From Cirrosporium novae-zelandiae (lineage: Eukaryota), in assembly GCA_026023565.1 (NCBI GenBank), contig JAPETS010000050.1, positions 62,001-126,000 on the forward strand: 64,000 nt of DNA, read 5' to 3'. The notes under the pieces are model-generated. The model was not told where the DNA came from, did not search any database, and saw only the letters and a list, made by a program, of their open reading frames with translations. Shown in pieces: positions 28,238-40,574 of this stretch. Both the position numbers and the translations under genes were made by a program. Numbering within the stretch: position 1 is the first letter of the stretch; every line of letters starts with the position of its first letter.

Positions 28238-28862
28238 AAGATGTGTCTCTATCAAGGGATACAATGGGCTCACGGATTAACGAACAAAATTTTCAATTCA
28301 CTTTGGCCTGGGGCCTAACCTATTAACTAGGGGCTTTTTTCAAATTTTACACGAAATGGACCTCTGTTCTGCGAGGCAATGAAGACTATGCTAACGATGG
28401 TGGACTATGTACGATACGGCGGGATATTGGCTTTGGTTTGGCTTGCTGGATCTTCTTCATATGCTATTCGGCGCAACAAGCGGATAACTAAAAAGGAAAC
28501 ATGGGAGGGTGGGGGAAGAGATTAATGATGAAATCGAAATTCGAAATTCGCGGCCAAGGATTAATTTGGTTTAAAAGGGACTGGCATTTTCTTTCGGGCA
28601 ATTATTGCGAAATCAACTTGGGGGTTTTTTTTGCTTGTTGATTGACTGGGATTAGCAATCAAGGAAGGGAGGAAAGATAAGGAGGAGTATTGGTATTCCT
28701 GCAATATGATTATCAAAGCAGTACAGCCAGCATGCATCCATGCAATTTTTTTTGAATCATTTGTTGTGTGAGTGGAAAACAAGGGTTAGGGAGCAAAAGG
28801 GGACCGGGGTTCTTGTATGATTAATGAATCAGTATGAATATTAAAATGCGCTCGTGTTTAGC

Positions 28863-28890
28863 CATAGCATAGCATAGCATAGCATAGCAT
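28863..28890. repeat. (CATAG)n microsatellite
   Basis: Five full CATAG units plus CAT. Confidence 0.9.
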
Positions 28891-28953
28891 TGTTATCAAC
28901 AATAGCACTTTGTTTTTTTCCTTTTATTAAATTAATGGAATCATGGATTTTCT

Positions 28954-29313
28954 ATTGACCGACCAGACTGAGGGCCTTGGTCTGGTCAGTCACATGACAC
29001 AGCCTACGCAGAGCGGGAGAAACCTTTAAACCCCGATGCACAACTGTGATTTTGTGTATGGTTCCTTATTAAATTTATCCAAAATATTCTAGTTATACTA
29101 TCTAGTCTTGGCACGGCATCTTCCGAGATCCTTAACAGAAACCACACAACACCTTATTTTATTTCACGTGATCTTATCTAATCTAAACAAAATAAAAAAT
29201 ATAATTTTATCAGTAATATTCTAAGTACCTAGGTGCCTAGGTAGACTATTCTAGATATATATACACCTAATAGACCAAATAGACCTTAGACAATCAAAGT
29301 CTAGTCGGTCAAT
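28954..29313. mobile_element. Putative MITE-like/foldback relic bounded by 16-bp inverted repeats
   Basis: ATTGACCGACCAGACT (28954-28969) versus AGTCTAGTCGGTCAAT (29298-29313) is a 15/16 inverted match. AT-rich non-coding interior. No clear TSD. Confidence 0.4.
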
Positions 29314-29583
29314 GAAAAAGCTCGGTCGGGGTTAGACCGTCTATTTGTTCATTCCCTTCTCTGGTTGTAGCTTCGAACACAGACATCTCTCCTGTAACCC
29401 GCAAACCTATAAGCGGTAAATAGAAAGATAAAAAACCCTGTAGCATAATGGTGAAGGAGCCAAACCCCGGCGTGGTTCCTGAAGATGGGTCCGTTCGTAA
29501 TACTGAGGGCTAGATTCGGGGGTTTTGTTCGTGGTCGCTGTTAAAGGACCTCGGGTGGAAATGTTGGAGCGCCGGGATAGTAG

Positions 29584-29634
29584 TGATGATGATGATGATA
29601 ATGGTGATGGCGATGGTGATGGTAGTGGTGGTGG
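29584..29634. repeat. Compound (GAT)n/(GGT)n trinucleotide repeat
   Basis: tgatgatgatgatgataatggtgatggcgatggtgatggtagtggtggtggt. Confidence 0.8.
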
Positions 29635-30029
29635 TATAATACTCAAAGAGAGGTGCAGGCTTGGGCAATAATAAGTTGCCATGATCGCAAAGAGGATGAA
29701 AGAAGGAGGGGGTGAATTTCTCTGGCGATGATTTGGAGAAAAACGAAGAAGAGAAGAGGTTGTAAAGAAGTGCGAGTGGTATCTATGTGTTTAAATGCCT
29801 CTGCGGCTCGCTCAAGCTTTGGTGCCCCAGATGCTTGCTCGGACTCAGAACCAGAGAATGGTGTGCTCAACAATTATTTGCCTTCCGCACCTTCCTCCTT
29901 TATAAGCCTAAAATCAGGTCAACTTCCTGCCAGTGGGGCGGGGACGCCCCCCCCACTGGTACAAACTCCATTACCTGGCCACACACCATCAGGCCGCCGT
30001 CAGAGCCGTCATACCAACTTCCAACCTCC

Positions 30030-30616
30030 AAGGGTTCGAACCCAACAGCTAACATAACAAAAAAAAACCAAGAAACTGACTTCAACTGTAAAACCCGGCA
30101 TGGGTTTTCATAGGATGTCCTGGAACACCTGAACTTTTGCTATTTTAGTTCCTTAATTTTTTAAATAATAAAACCTCGATATTTTTCCCAGCTCACCAGT
30201 TTGCTTGGATACATAGCATGACTCAGCTATGCTAGATATTCACGGGATAGAAGAACAGCAAAGCTAGACTCTCTCAACAAATTAGTAGCTCACATGCGTC
30301 AAGTGCACTCGAGCCTTTATAAGCTTTAGTACAAGTTCAATAAATAAACACAAAGGAATATAACTACTAATCGCTGACTTAACCTAGGTTCGAATTCGAG
30401 TGTGCTCCCTCGAAAGCCGAACTAGGGAACCAACAGCTAAAAGCCCAGAAACCAGAGGAAAGAGAAAAGCCTAAGAAAGCCAAAAATGCCCAGTAAAGGG
30501 GACTTTCATAGAGTGTCTCCGGGGGCACCTGAGCTTTTGCCGCTTGAATGTCTTAAATACTTTTGTGAGTTAGTAATGAAACCTAAATTAAGCACCTTAA
30601 AGGCTTCAGCTCGTCA
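30030..30616. repeat. Two diverged direct repeats (~170-190 bp, ~390 bp apart)
   Basis: Shared colinear blocks CCAACAGCTAA, TTTCATAG, CACCTGA(A/G)CTTTTGC, CTTAA, AAACCT and CAGCTC at ~30030-30200 and ~30424-30616. Confidence 0.55.
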
Positions 30617-31601
30617 AAAATCATGTATATGATATGGTATGGTATCCATCTTTTCGCAAGCAGGCTCACAGCTCATCATCTTCAATCCTAACTGCATAGC
30701 TGACAAGGTAAGTCAAGCCAAGCCCCGTAGGCGTGACTCAAATATCTGCCTTCGGACACCTTTAGGGTTAAGTAATGAGACAGCGCCCCCATAACCTTTG
30801 CATGGCTAACATATAAGAAAACAGCAGTGGAGCAAGTCAATGTAAGAAATAAAACCCGCATCCTATCCTCGAACGGAGGAATCGTTATCAAAAATTTCCT
30901 CACCCCATCACCCCCATCATTCTTAGACTCAAAACACATACACAATATAACTAACAAAATTCCAACTCACGAAAAGGCACACATCCTAAGGCTTAACGGC
31001 TTAAATACTCTCTCTCATACACACATAAAAAAACAGTCCCACATAAAAAATATGCCACCAGCAGACCAAAATTCGAATCCCTCACTCCCACCTGCACCCC
31101 AAGAAGACATGAGACTATTATTGATCGAGTGTTTGATGATTGTTTTAATAATGTCGCAACTCTATCCATCGGACGTTTGGACGAGATACTATCGATCAAG
31201 ATATAGACTATATATATTTTTACCTGCGGCGAGTTTCTTGGCGCCAAGATATTTTTTTGGATTTTCTGCGCGCCTGTCCCTGTGCCCGTGCTTCTTCTTC
31301 TGTGGTCGTTTGGTCAGTCTCTTAAGATGCAAGATTGGGGAATTTATATAAGGTGAGGTCATATGATGGTATGTGTGTGTGGGCTTTCCATCCGTGTTGA
31401 GTTGAAAGTATACAAGTTTGAAAAAATATATATATAAAGAAAGATCTATCAATATTTTATTTAAGTACTCAAGGAGCAGAAATTACAGAAATTACAATCT
31501 ATGTGTCTTGTGGACGATAGGACGAAACAAGCTGAGAAAAAAACAAAAACAAGAAGGGATAACAAGAATAGCAAGAACAACAAGAGCAAAAACAAAAATC
31601 C

Positions 31602-34600
31602 TCATCCCATAAACTTCTCTACTGCCTGCTTAAGCAATTTCCCAAGATCCTTAACCAACGGCGGCGCAACCATGGAGAAATGATCCGCCTCGATCTTGTG
31701 ACACTCAATCCCCTTCTCCCCAACCAACTTATCCCACCCATTCGGTCCAAATGTATACCTCTTTGCATAAAACCAAGACCTCAACCCCGTCTCCGGATCC
31801 TCCATATTATTCCCCCCCTTTCCGTTTCCAGATCCTACGACGCCCATTGCTGCGGCAGTAGCTGGAGCTGGAGCTGAGGATATTTCGTCGGACTCGGCGC
31901 CCGCGACCTCATCTAGGCCCTGGGTTGCCCAGATGATGAATGTGTTCTCGGGCCGGTGGGCGGGGTCCATGGGGATAGGGTCGAACACGACGAGTGCTTT
32001 GAGCGTGCTAAGGAGATGTTGTTTCTGTTTCTGGGAGATGAGATCGAGGAGGTTTCCGGAGCGTTTGATACCCGTGATGAGACCCGTCTGCTCGACGAGC
32101 TCCATGGTGGGTTCGAGGGCGTCTGGAATGGAGCGGGGCACGCGCATGTCGATGATGATGAGGCCGCGGATTTCTTCGCCCTGGGCCAGGAGCATGCGTG
32201 CGGTTTCGTATGCGTAGACTCCGCCGGCAGACCAGCCTCCGACGAGGTAGGGTCCCTGTGGCTGGGTCTTGCGGATTGCGGCGAGGTACATGCTGGCCAT
32301 GTCGGAGATGGTGCAGGTGTAGTCTTCTGGGCAGTGGAGGAAGGGAGATTCGAGCGCGTAGATGCGGCGGCCGCCTGGGAGGGGAGGTAGGTGGATATAG
32401 GCTGTGGCAGAGCCGGCACCGTCGGTGATGAGGAAGAGGGGGATTTCGGGGGATGAGGAACGGCCTTGCATTAGGACAACCTTGCTGGAGTAGGTGGGTT
32501 TCCCTTCGGCGTTTTCTTCCTGGGCGGGTTCGGGGCTGGCGGCACGCTTTGCGACTTCGGATTTAGGCCTTGGCTTTGGGGCTTGTTTGGGGGTGCTATG
32601 AGTGGCCATTTTTGGGGTTGGTGGTGCTGGTGATGCAACTGGTGTGGGGGTAATCGCTTTCTTTTTGGGTTTTGGGGCGGCTTCTGGTGCTTTCCCAAGC
32701 TCTGCTCTTACATCTGCAACGGTCGGATAGTTGTTGAAGAAGGATGCTGGAAGCTCGACGTCTGTTTCTTTCTTGAAGGCTGCAATGATTGCAATGCTCA
32801 TGAGCGAGTCCACACCCATGTCTGAGAAAAGAGTTGAAGGTTCCATGTCTTCGGCGTCGAATCCAGTTTCTGTGGCGACGGCGCTGAGGAGGATATCTGC
32901 GGCATCTGGCTCGTCTGAGGTAGGCTCGGGGGTCTCTTGACGAGGAGTAGACACGGTCTTTGGTGGCTTAGATGCTCGGATGGGCTTTGGAGTGCTTCCA
33001 AGCTCCTCTCGCATCTCGGCGACGGTTGGGCAGTTGTTGAAGAATGACGCCGGAAGCTCTGTACCCGTCTGCTTCTTGAAAGCCGATATGATGGCGATAC
33101 TCATCAGGGAATCAACGCCCATGTCAGAAAATAGTGTCGAGGGTTCCATATCATCGAGCTGGAATCCAGTCTCGGCAGCGACAGCATCAAGGAAGAGGTC
33201 CGCCATGTCTGGTTCGTCTCGACCGTCGACCGAAGAGGGAGGAGTCGAGGCGCTTGAATCTGACTCAGACGAGCTGTGCGAAGCATCCTCTTCCAATTGC
33301 GTAACGTTCCTGATGTTTTTGGATGATAGTTGCGCTTTGCCCTTAGACGAAGTTTTCGTTGCTGGAGCTTGGAGCCTTTTCTTTGGAAGATTTGTACCGA
33401 CTGGGCCTCCGGGTTTCTGGGAGGCTTTGATCGCATTTTTACCGCTGATGATACCAAAGACTGCTTTTGTCATTTTCTGAAACTTGATGCCAGTGCACAA
33501 TGCGACGAGTTCACTTCCATCGAAGAGATATACATCACCTAGCGACAATCCCTTTTCATTTGAGGGCTCTATGCTAGTATAGCACGTATAATCTTTGTCT
33601 TCAGAAAGCTCGCCGATAATGCGTAGGCTTTCAAGGCCAGTAGATATGTAGGCAATATCATCAGGCTTTGAAAAGTTCCCGTTGAGAACAAATCCTGAGA
33701 GATGGACGATCGCATCTGTCCAGTACGGACTGTAGGTAAATGAACCAAGGCCCAAGCTAGGTCCCAGCTTCACATTTGCTGCAGCGTCGCTGAATCCATT
33801 GTCCAAAAATACCTCTTCAATCGCTTGATACTTCTGATCATAGTCGACTAAATTGGCAAACAGCTTGTATACGATAGGCTTCATCAATCTGTGGCCGGCT
33901 CCTGACTGACTGGACTTGACGAGAGCATCAATCCGCTTCTTGACCAAGTGGAGGCTTCTAGTCCACTCAGATTTCCGCTCATTTTCGTCCTCGAAAAGAA
34001 CTTGGCAATGGCCATGTTCGTGGGAAGAAGCTCCTTCGGTGGAACTGTAGAAGACATCTACAGATGAATCGGCCCCCGACTTTGTAGCAGTTACCTTGAT
34101 TATCTGCTCCGGGTTAATACTAGGGACAACCAAAGCATGGGTAATCTCCAAATTAGATAATTCCATATGTGGAACTGCCATCCCCGGGTTAGCTTTCGTG
34201 TAGATATATCTTGCTGCCGTGAATGCCATATCATAGAAGACACTGGCCGGACATAGCGCAATACCATCAACAATATGGCCTTGAACTGCATTGTACAATT
34301 TTGGCTCGCAGGTATTGGATGCAAAAGTGACAGATATCTTGTTGCCCGCGAATGACTCCTTCTCGACACGTTGCAAACATGTCGTGGAGAACGTAGATAC
34401 AGGCTCTGCTTTCACAGATGCTGGCACAGCTTGGATATTCTTCTCATCTGGCTTATAAGAATTCCAGTAGTTCTTTAGGTCAAAGGCATAAGTCGGCAAT
34501 TCCAAAAGTCGCAATCCTTTTATGAACTCTTTGTGATACTCGGGCCAGTCGAAGGGTGCCTTGGAGACATATAGACTAGCAATGGAAGTAGATATCGTCT

Positions 34601-37600
34601 TCCAATCATCCTCGCCAGACTTGAGAGTGGAAAGCAGCTTAGTAGACGGTACCTCAAGGCTGGTTCGAATGAGCCCTAAGCACACTGGCTGTGGACCAAT
34701 CTCTAAAAACAAGGAATTATCATCAACAACTCCCTTGGACTTGCCAGTCTGTAAAGCGCCGACAAAGTTGACTGCATTTCGAGCTTGCTCTGCTAGATAG
34801 GTTGGATTGAAAGTCCCAGCCTCAGTCACAATTTCGGCAATTAGCGTAGAGGCGACAGGTACGGCCGGTTTGCCGAAATAGATTCCTTTGGCACTAGCCT
34901 CAAAATCCTCCAGGATCGGGTCAATTTGGGGCGAATGAAATCCATAGGGAACCTGCAGCAGAGTGGTTTTGATTGCGTCATCTTGTAAGCGACCCTGCAG
35001 ACCCTTGATTTCCTCGACCATGCCACTAACAACAGTCATGTTGGGCGCATTCAAGCAGGATATTTGGCAAGAATGGTAATTTGTATCGGCCAAGATACTT
35101 TGAAGCGATTCCGGCGACGATGCTATTGCAAGCATTGCGTGTGTACCAGGAGTGCATTTCTCTTCCATAAGTTGAGCACGCTTACCAACAAGATACAATG
35201 TATCACTGACGGACAAAACGCCAGAGACACAAAGAGCAGCGTATTCACCAAGACTGTGCCCAATGACCATATCTGGTGTTATTCCCCATGACCTCCAGAG
35301 GTTCGCTAGAGCAATTTCGAGAGCAACGATAGCAAGCTGGACTTGAACTGGCGTCTTAGACGCAATGTCTTCTTCGTCATTGGAGATTAGGTCAATAAAA
35401 GAAGGCAGACCCTGGATATCACAAAGTTCCTGATAGGAGAGGATAATCTCTCGGAACTTTGGAGATGAGTGGAAAAGGGTTCTCCCCATGCCCGAATATT
35501 GTGAGCCTTGTCCGGTGAAGGCAAACACAACCGAACTATAACCTCCACTTGGCTTTGCTCCATTGTCACTTGCAAGATCGGCGCTGAGTTTATCAATAAT
35601 CTCTTTTGTTGTCTGCGCAATATATGCACTCCTAGAGCCGTCATGGAGGCGCCGAGCACTAGTCGTATAGGCTATATCCGAAATTTTGAGATTCGGGTTG
35701 GAGGCTAAATGATCTAGCAAGCGCCTTTTGTTCTCGTTGAGCGAATAAGCTGTTCGGGCTGAGCAAGTCACAATATGGTATGGCCTTGGATCTTGGGTCT
35801 TTTCTTCTTGAACTGGAGGATCTTCGATTAACAAACTTGTGTTGCCCCCCTAATAGTAATTAGCATGAATCGTTTAATTTCGCCACTGGGAAAAGGGCCT
35901 CACAGCAGCGTCAAAGTTGTTTAGGAGAATTTTTCTCTTTCCGTCGCCTTTCGAATATGCTTTAAAATTCATCGCCTTGTCTGCAATCCGGACATTCATC
36001 TTTTCCAGCGGGGGGAATTTGTGGTTGGTAGGGAACGGCATCCCTGGTTGGGGTGGAATTGTATTTTCTTTCAACATGAGAACTGTCTTGATCAATGAAG
36101 TAATTCCAGCAGCCTTATTGAAAAAATAGTTAGTCAAACATTTAGTACGAAACAGGTCTGCGATATACTGACCGCTTCACCGTGTCCAACATTTGCCTTC
36201 ACGGCACCAACAACCAATGGATTGTCCTTCGTGCGTCTTTTACCAAAGACATTAGTCACAGAGGTCATTTCAACTGTATCTCCAGCTTGTGTTCCGGTGC
36301 CATGCATTTCGACAAAGCCAACATCTTCGGGGTCCACAGATGTCTGCTGAAGTACTTTTCTAAACAGCATTTCCTGCGTCTCTGCGTGAGGCTGGGTGAT
36401 GGAAACGGCCTCTGCAGAATAGGTCCTTGCTGCCCCCCTGACGACCGCTTGTATATTGTCGTTGTCGGAAATTGCATCTTCAAGGCGTTTGAGTACAACC
36501 ATACCGACACCTTCACCTCTGCAGTAGCCGTCTGCGCCGTCATCGAACGTCTTGCAGGCCCCAGTAGTTGATAAGAAACTACCTCTGCTGAGACCTGCAA
36601 ACATTGGCGGTGCTGTGAGAAGAGATCCACCTCCGGCTACGGCGGTGTCACACTCTCGAGCTATTAGGGCGGAGCATGCTAGGTGGACAGCAGTGGAGCT
36701 TGATGCACAGGCAGCATCCAGACTGTAATACGGACCGCCCCATTTGAAGTGATAGTTCAGACGACCAGGAGCAAATGCTCGAACGGTTCCGGGTACGTAG
36801 TAGATATCGACACCTTGCGATTCATTGATATAACGCCAGTCATCGCCACTCTGTCCAAAGTATGTAGCAATTCTTGAACTATTTGTTGAAAGAGAGCCAT
36901 TCTGGGTGTACCCAGCCATCTCCATTGCTTCATAGCTGATCATCAATACCAGTCGCTGAAGTGGGTCCATTTGAGCGGCTTCTCGAGGTGAGACGTTGAA
37001 GAGGCGAGTATCAAAAACGCCAGGGTTATCCAGGAAACAGCCATATTGTGTTGTTGCGGTATTTTTGACTGCACCTGTCGGGTCAAAGTAGGTGTCGAGA
37101 TCAAAACGACTTTTTGGAATCTACCAATTCAAATTAGCAAGATCCTAATTGTTTGAACGTCAAGTTGTATCACCTGTTGATGGACATCTGCGCCGCTCCT
37201 CAGCGTTTCCCAGAACTCTGGAAGATTATTGCCTCCGGGGAATCTACCGGACATGCCGACAATCGCGATAAGATCCGATCCTCCGCGCACATTTTCCGCA
37301 GTTGGCAAAGGCTTGACAGCATCGGTTAGGGTAACATTAAGACCAGAGTTTTGCAAGTTGCGTTGGACCAACGTAGTATGATTGGTCGGTCCAACCGCGG
37401 TCAACTTGACGTCCCCCTTTCCTATAATCTTTGAGATGACAGCTTGGACAGTTGCTTCCATGCGCAATGTGTTTTGGGTGACATCCTGAATCATCAGATA
37501 AAGAAGCTCCCGTAGATTTGATGCTTCAAAGGGCTTGCAAGTGCTTGAGGAAATAATTGAAGCTTTAGCAGGAACGGGGGTATCAAGCAGGGGGGATGTT

Positions 37601-38467
37601 CCAACAATTTTCTCCAAGTCTGGCAGCGGCAGATGGGCCGCATGGACGGCAGCAGCAGCGGCAATCTTGAGTTTTGGAGCTAATGTTAGATCAGAGGAGT
37701 ATGACCAGAGTCTTGCTAGGACAGATGGGGGTCCAAAGATGGTGGTCCAAGTGCGTGAAATAACGCCAAGATACGCGTGCCTTGGGATAGGTAGACCCTA
37801 AACATGTTAGATTGGAGAATGCGAGATTTCGACGAAGAAAATACCTGGCTGTAGTTGAAGTCATCTAGAATCGCTTGCAACTCTTCAGCCGTTGCACCCA
37901 CGACAGTACATGCCCAGGACTCTGGAGATTCATCTATCCGCTTTGAGCGCCGGGTGAATTCAATCGCGAGGCGAAAGGAGATAGAGACAATCTCGAGACC
38001 AAACTTGAACAATTCACTGGTATCTCTTGCAAATGCTGCCACTGCACCTGGAAGAAGACCAGTACAAAAGCCTAATATATGGACGTTGGAGTCTGGTGCT
38101 GTGAGTATGGTCGGATCATTCTCCACATAGCTATAGAAATATTAGAACGAAAAAGATAATGGAGACCGGATACAAACAGAATGAGCTCTCCCAATCGCTC
38201 TATGCACATTAGGACTGTAGCTACAACTTCATCTGGGTCTTCTTGCTTGGCGTAGTCCTCTGCCAAGGCAAGAATACTGTGAAAGGAGGAGAACCATTTG
38301 CGTTCACTCGGACTGACTTTCATAGTCTCTGCCTGGACAACATCTGTAGCCTCCTGGAGGAATCTTCGGAGAGAAGGGGATGTTCTTGATAACTGGACCA
38401 GGTTTCGAATTGAAGGCAGCTTTTCGACCGTTTGGTCTCCAAACAACAGTACATGTTGAGACGCCAT
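31602..38467 (-). CDS. Non-reducing iterative type I polyketide synthase, SAT-KS-AT-PT-ACP-ACP-TE (orsellinate/resorcylate group), 6 exons
   Basis: SAT: LLFGDQT, GFCTG, VHAAHL. KS: DAACASS, HGTGT, GHGEA. AT: GHSLGEY, GFHS. PT: GHIVDGIALCP, TDAIVH. Two ACPs: DMGVDSLM. TE: DGAGSATAYIHL, GWSAG, DHFSMV. All five introns splice in frame by my reading. Confidence 0.96.
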
Positions 38468-40115
38468 GGTTTTTGGTTCTGCAAAGAATAATTTGGAAAA
38501 TATGGACATATGAAGGGACTTTATAATCAGGGGCACAAAGATGGAACCAAATATGATGAACGATAGTAGTCTTAAATGATGGTTGGCAAAGTGCAGAGAG
38601 CCAGCTAGATAGCTTCTTATCAGACTTGGTAACCTAGTGTGGAATATTGCACTGGAGTACTGCAGTATTGGAGCTGAAGATGCAAATTCTTTCATTGGTG
38701 GCTCTAAGGATGCCATCTTCCTTCAGAACTATCACTGAGCTTACCTGATAGCATGTAGCTTTCACGAGCCATAATATTCAATCATGAAGATTGGATTACA
38801 GGAGTGATCCGCCCATAGGCGACGATATTCGATTAGGATGAGTCTCGTACATCCGTACACCTGAAGATACACATATTCCCAATTAGCAATAGTTTGGCCA
38901 TCCCGTAGTCATCTTCATACAACAATAGATTTCATGTTGACTCAACATCGCCAGCGATGTAATCCTCCTGAGTGATCCTAATTAGAGCCAAACTGGATCA
39001 AATCGCGAATTGCTTTTTTTGGAATGATAACTAATAACTAAAAAGGAACATGTTTGAAGTAGTGGCGATGAGGATGGGGACCTCACAGCGAAGGGTTGCA
39101 TGCTGAGGCATCGAATCCTAGCCATGATCTTGTCTACTCGAGTAGGGTGGTGGTCTGCTTAGGGCATATAGGAGTCTCGTTTGGGAAGGCTTGATTAATC
39201 TCGGCTCCTCGGTGAAAGGGATCGGATATGGCGCTCACGGAGAAATTTAATTGAGCGTCTTACTCGAGTACGGCTGACATGATAAGATCTACTCGAGGAC
39301 TCTGTATGGAATAAGAAGGGTCAACGGGCCGGGAAGCTAGTTTAGGGTGATATCAGGTGCCTAGCTCATTGTTGCCGTATCCCGTCCCTGGTCTGGAGAA
39401 TCCTTAGCCCCCACATTTCAACGGGACCCATCTATCAAACTTACAGTAATTAGTCTTCCCGCTAAATCTTCCGGAAATAACCGGATCCTTTGCTCAGTAA
39501 CACCACAGATGAAAAGTAATGCAGCGTGCATGCAACATGCAGCTCAGGCGAGTTAACTCAACAGATGGGAATGACTAGAGCACAGTCTTACCAACAAGGA
39601 ACAATATGCTTGTAACGAGCCCCCCATGTTTCTATACTCAGAAGAAGGGCATGTTGATGAACAACCTAACCCGCATGCGTCTGAGAATGCTGTACACAGG
39701 AGGATAATGCCTGAGTGAAGGTCAGCCCCGATGTGGAAAGAATAAGACTTGGAAAATTTCAACAGTCTATACGCTTGTTATTTTCGTAATTTAATCTGCC
39801 TTGTCTAGTCTCTTGGTATTTTATAACCATGAAATACAAGTATTGGATTTCACTGTATATACTCAAACTCATATAAATTCTGTATTGAACACTAGAAATA
39901 AATGAATTTCATTTCGTGAATGTATTTTATATTACAATATGTATTGACGGGTATTTAGTTTACGGTAATCGGCCAAGTCGGACCGGTATCACTTCTTCAC
40001 CTCCATGGTCTTATCAAAACCGTTAATTTTTATACCTTGAGCTTTACACTATGTTTTATCTCACATAAGACGTTTCCTAATTAAGCACTATGACTGTCGA
40101 CATGACCCTCCATGT

Positions 40116-40297
40116 TGTTAGATAAGGGCCTTCTGTTCACCTAGGACGAGCCAAGGTTCAGGGTTCCTGATAGACCAGACCGTAGTTGTCCAGCATGCCA
40201 TGTAAATGTCTCCATCGGGTAATAGATAGACCCTCAAGTTTCTTGGATCAGAGAATGGTAAGAGTAAGCCATAAACCTTAATCTTCTCTCATCATCA
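40116..40297. mobile_element. Possible solo LTR (182 bp) in the NR-PKS/OMT divergent promoter
   Basis: TGTTAG...CATCA flanked by CATGT on both sides (40111-40115 and 40298-40302). Terminal inverted match is weak. Confidence 0.4.
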
Positions 40298-40350
40298 CAT
40301 GTTATTAGTCTAAGGCACTGGACGGCTTCTATGAAAAGTGACAAGTAATT

Positions 40351-40574
40351 CACGTGGCAGGGTGCACGTGCCGACTTCTGTTTTAGGATTAGTACCATGT
40401 ATTACTGTACTGTGACTAAGCATACATCACGTGCAATCGGCCTCTCGATGATCCGTGATCTAAGGAGGCCGTAGAGACCAACTTGGCAAAATTAGACAAA
40501 AGCTCGGTTTCGTTTAGACCGGGATTCGCGGTATCGTTTAAACTAGTGTAGACTAGGATTCTCGGTTTCGTTTA
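40351..40574. promoter_or_regulatory. Clustered putative transcription-factor sites upstream of the O-methyltransferase
   Basis: CACGTG at 40351, 40365 and 40428. CGGTWTCGTTTA at 40505, 40529 and 40563. Confidence 0.5.

Noticed and set aside
30027..30420. tRNA genes suggested by GGTTCGAA motifs
   Set aside because: No acceptor stem, D-arm or anticodon arm could be folded around either motif.
30827..31351. 174-aa ORF downstream of the NR-PKS
   Set aside because: It has a GTG start, compositionally biased sequence and no domain signal, and lies in a repeat-rich spacer.
31913..33480. Several long alternative-frame and antisense ORFs over the PKS TE/ACP region (and similar ones over other genes)
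   Set aside because: These are shadows of GC-rich codon usage in the real genes.
38468..38716. In-frame 83-codon upstream extension of the NR-PKS ORF (MASLEPPMKEF...)
   Set aside because: SAT domains normally start just before LLFGDQT, and a TATAAA lies ~55 bp upstream of the ATG at 38467. The extension is probably promoter or UTR.
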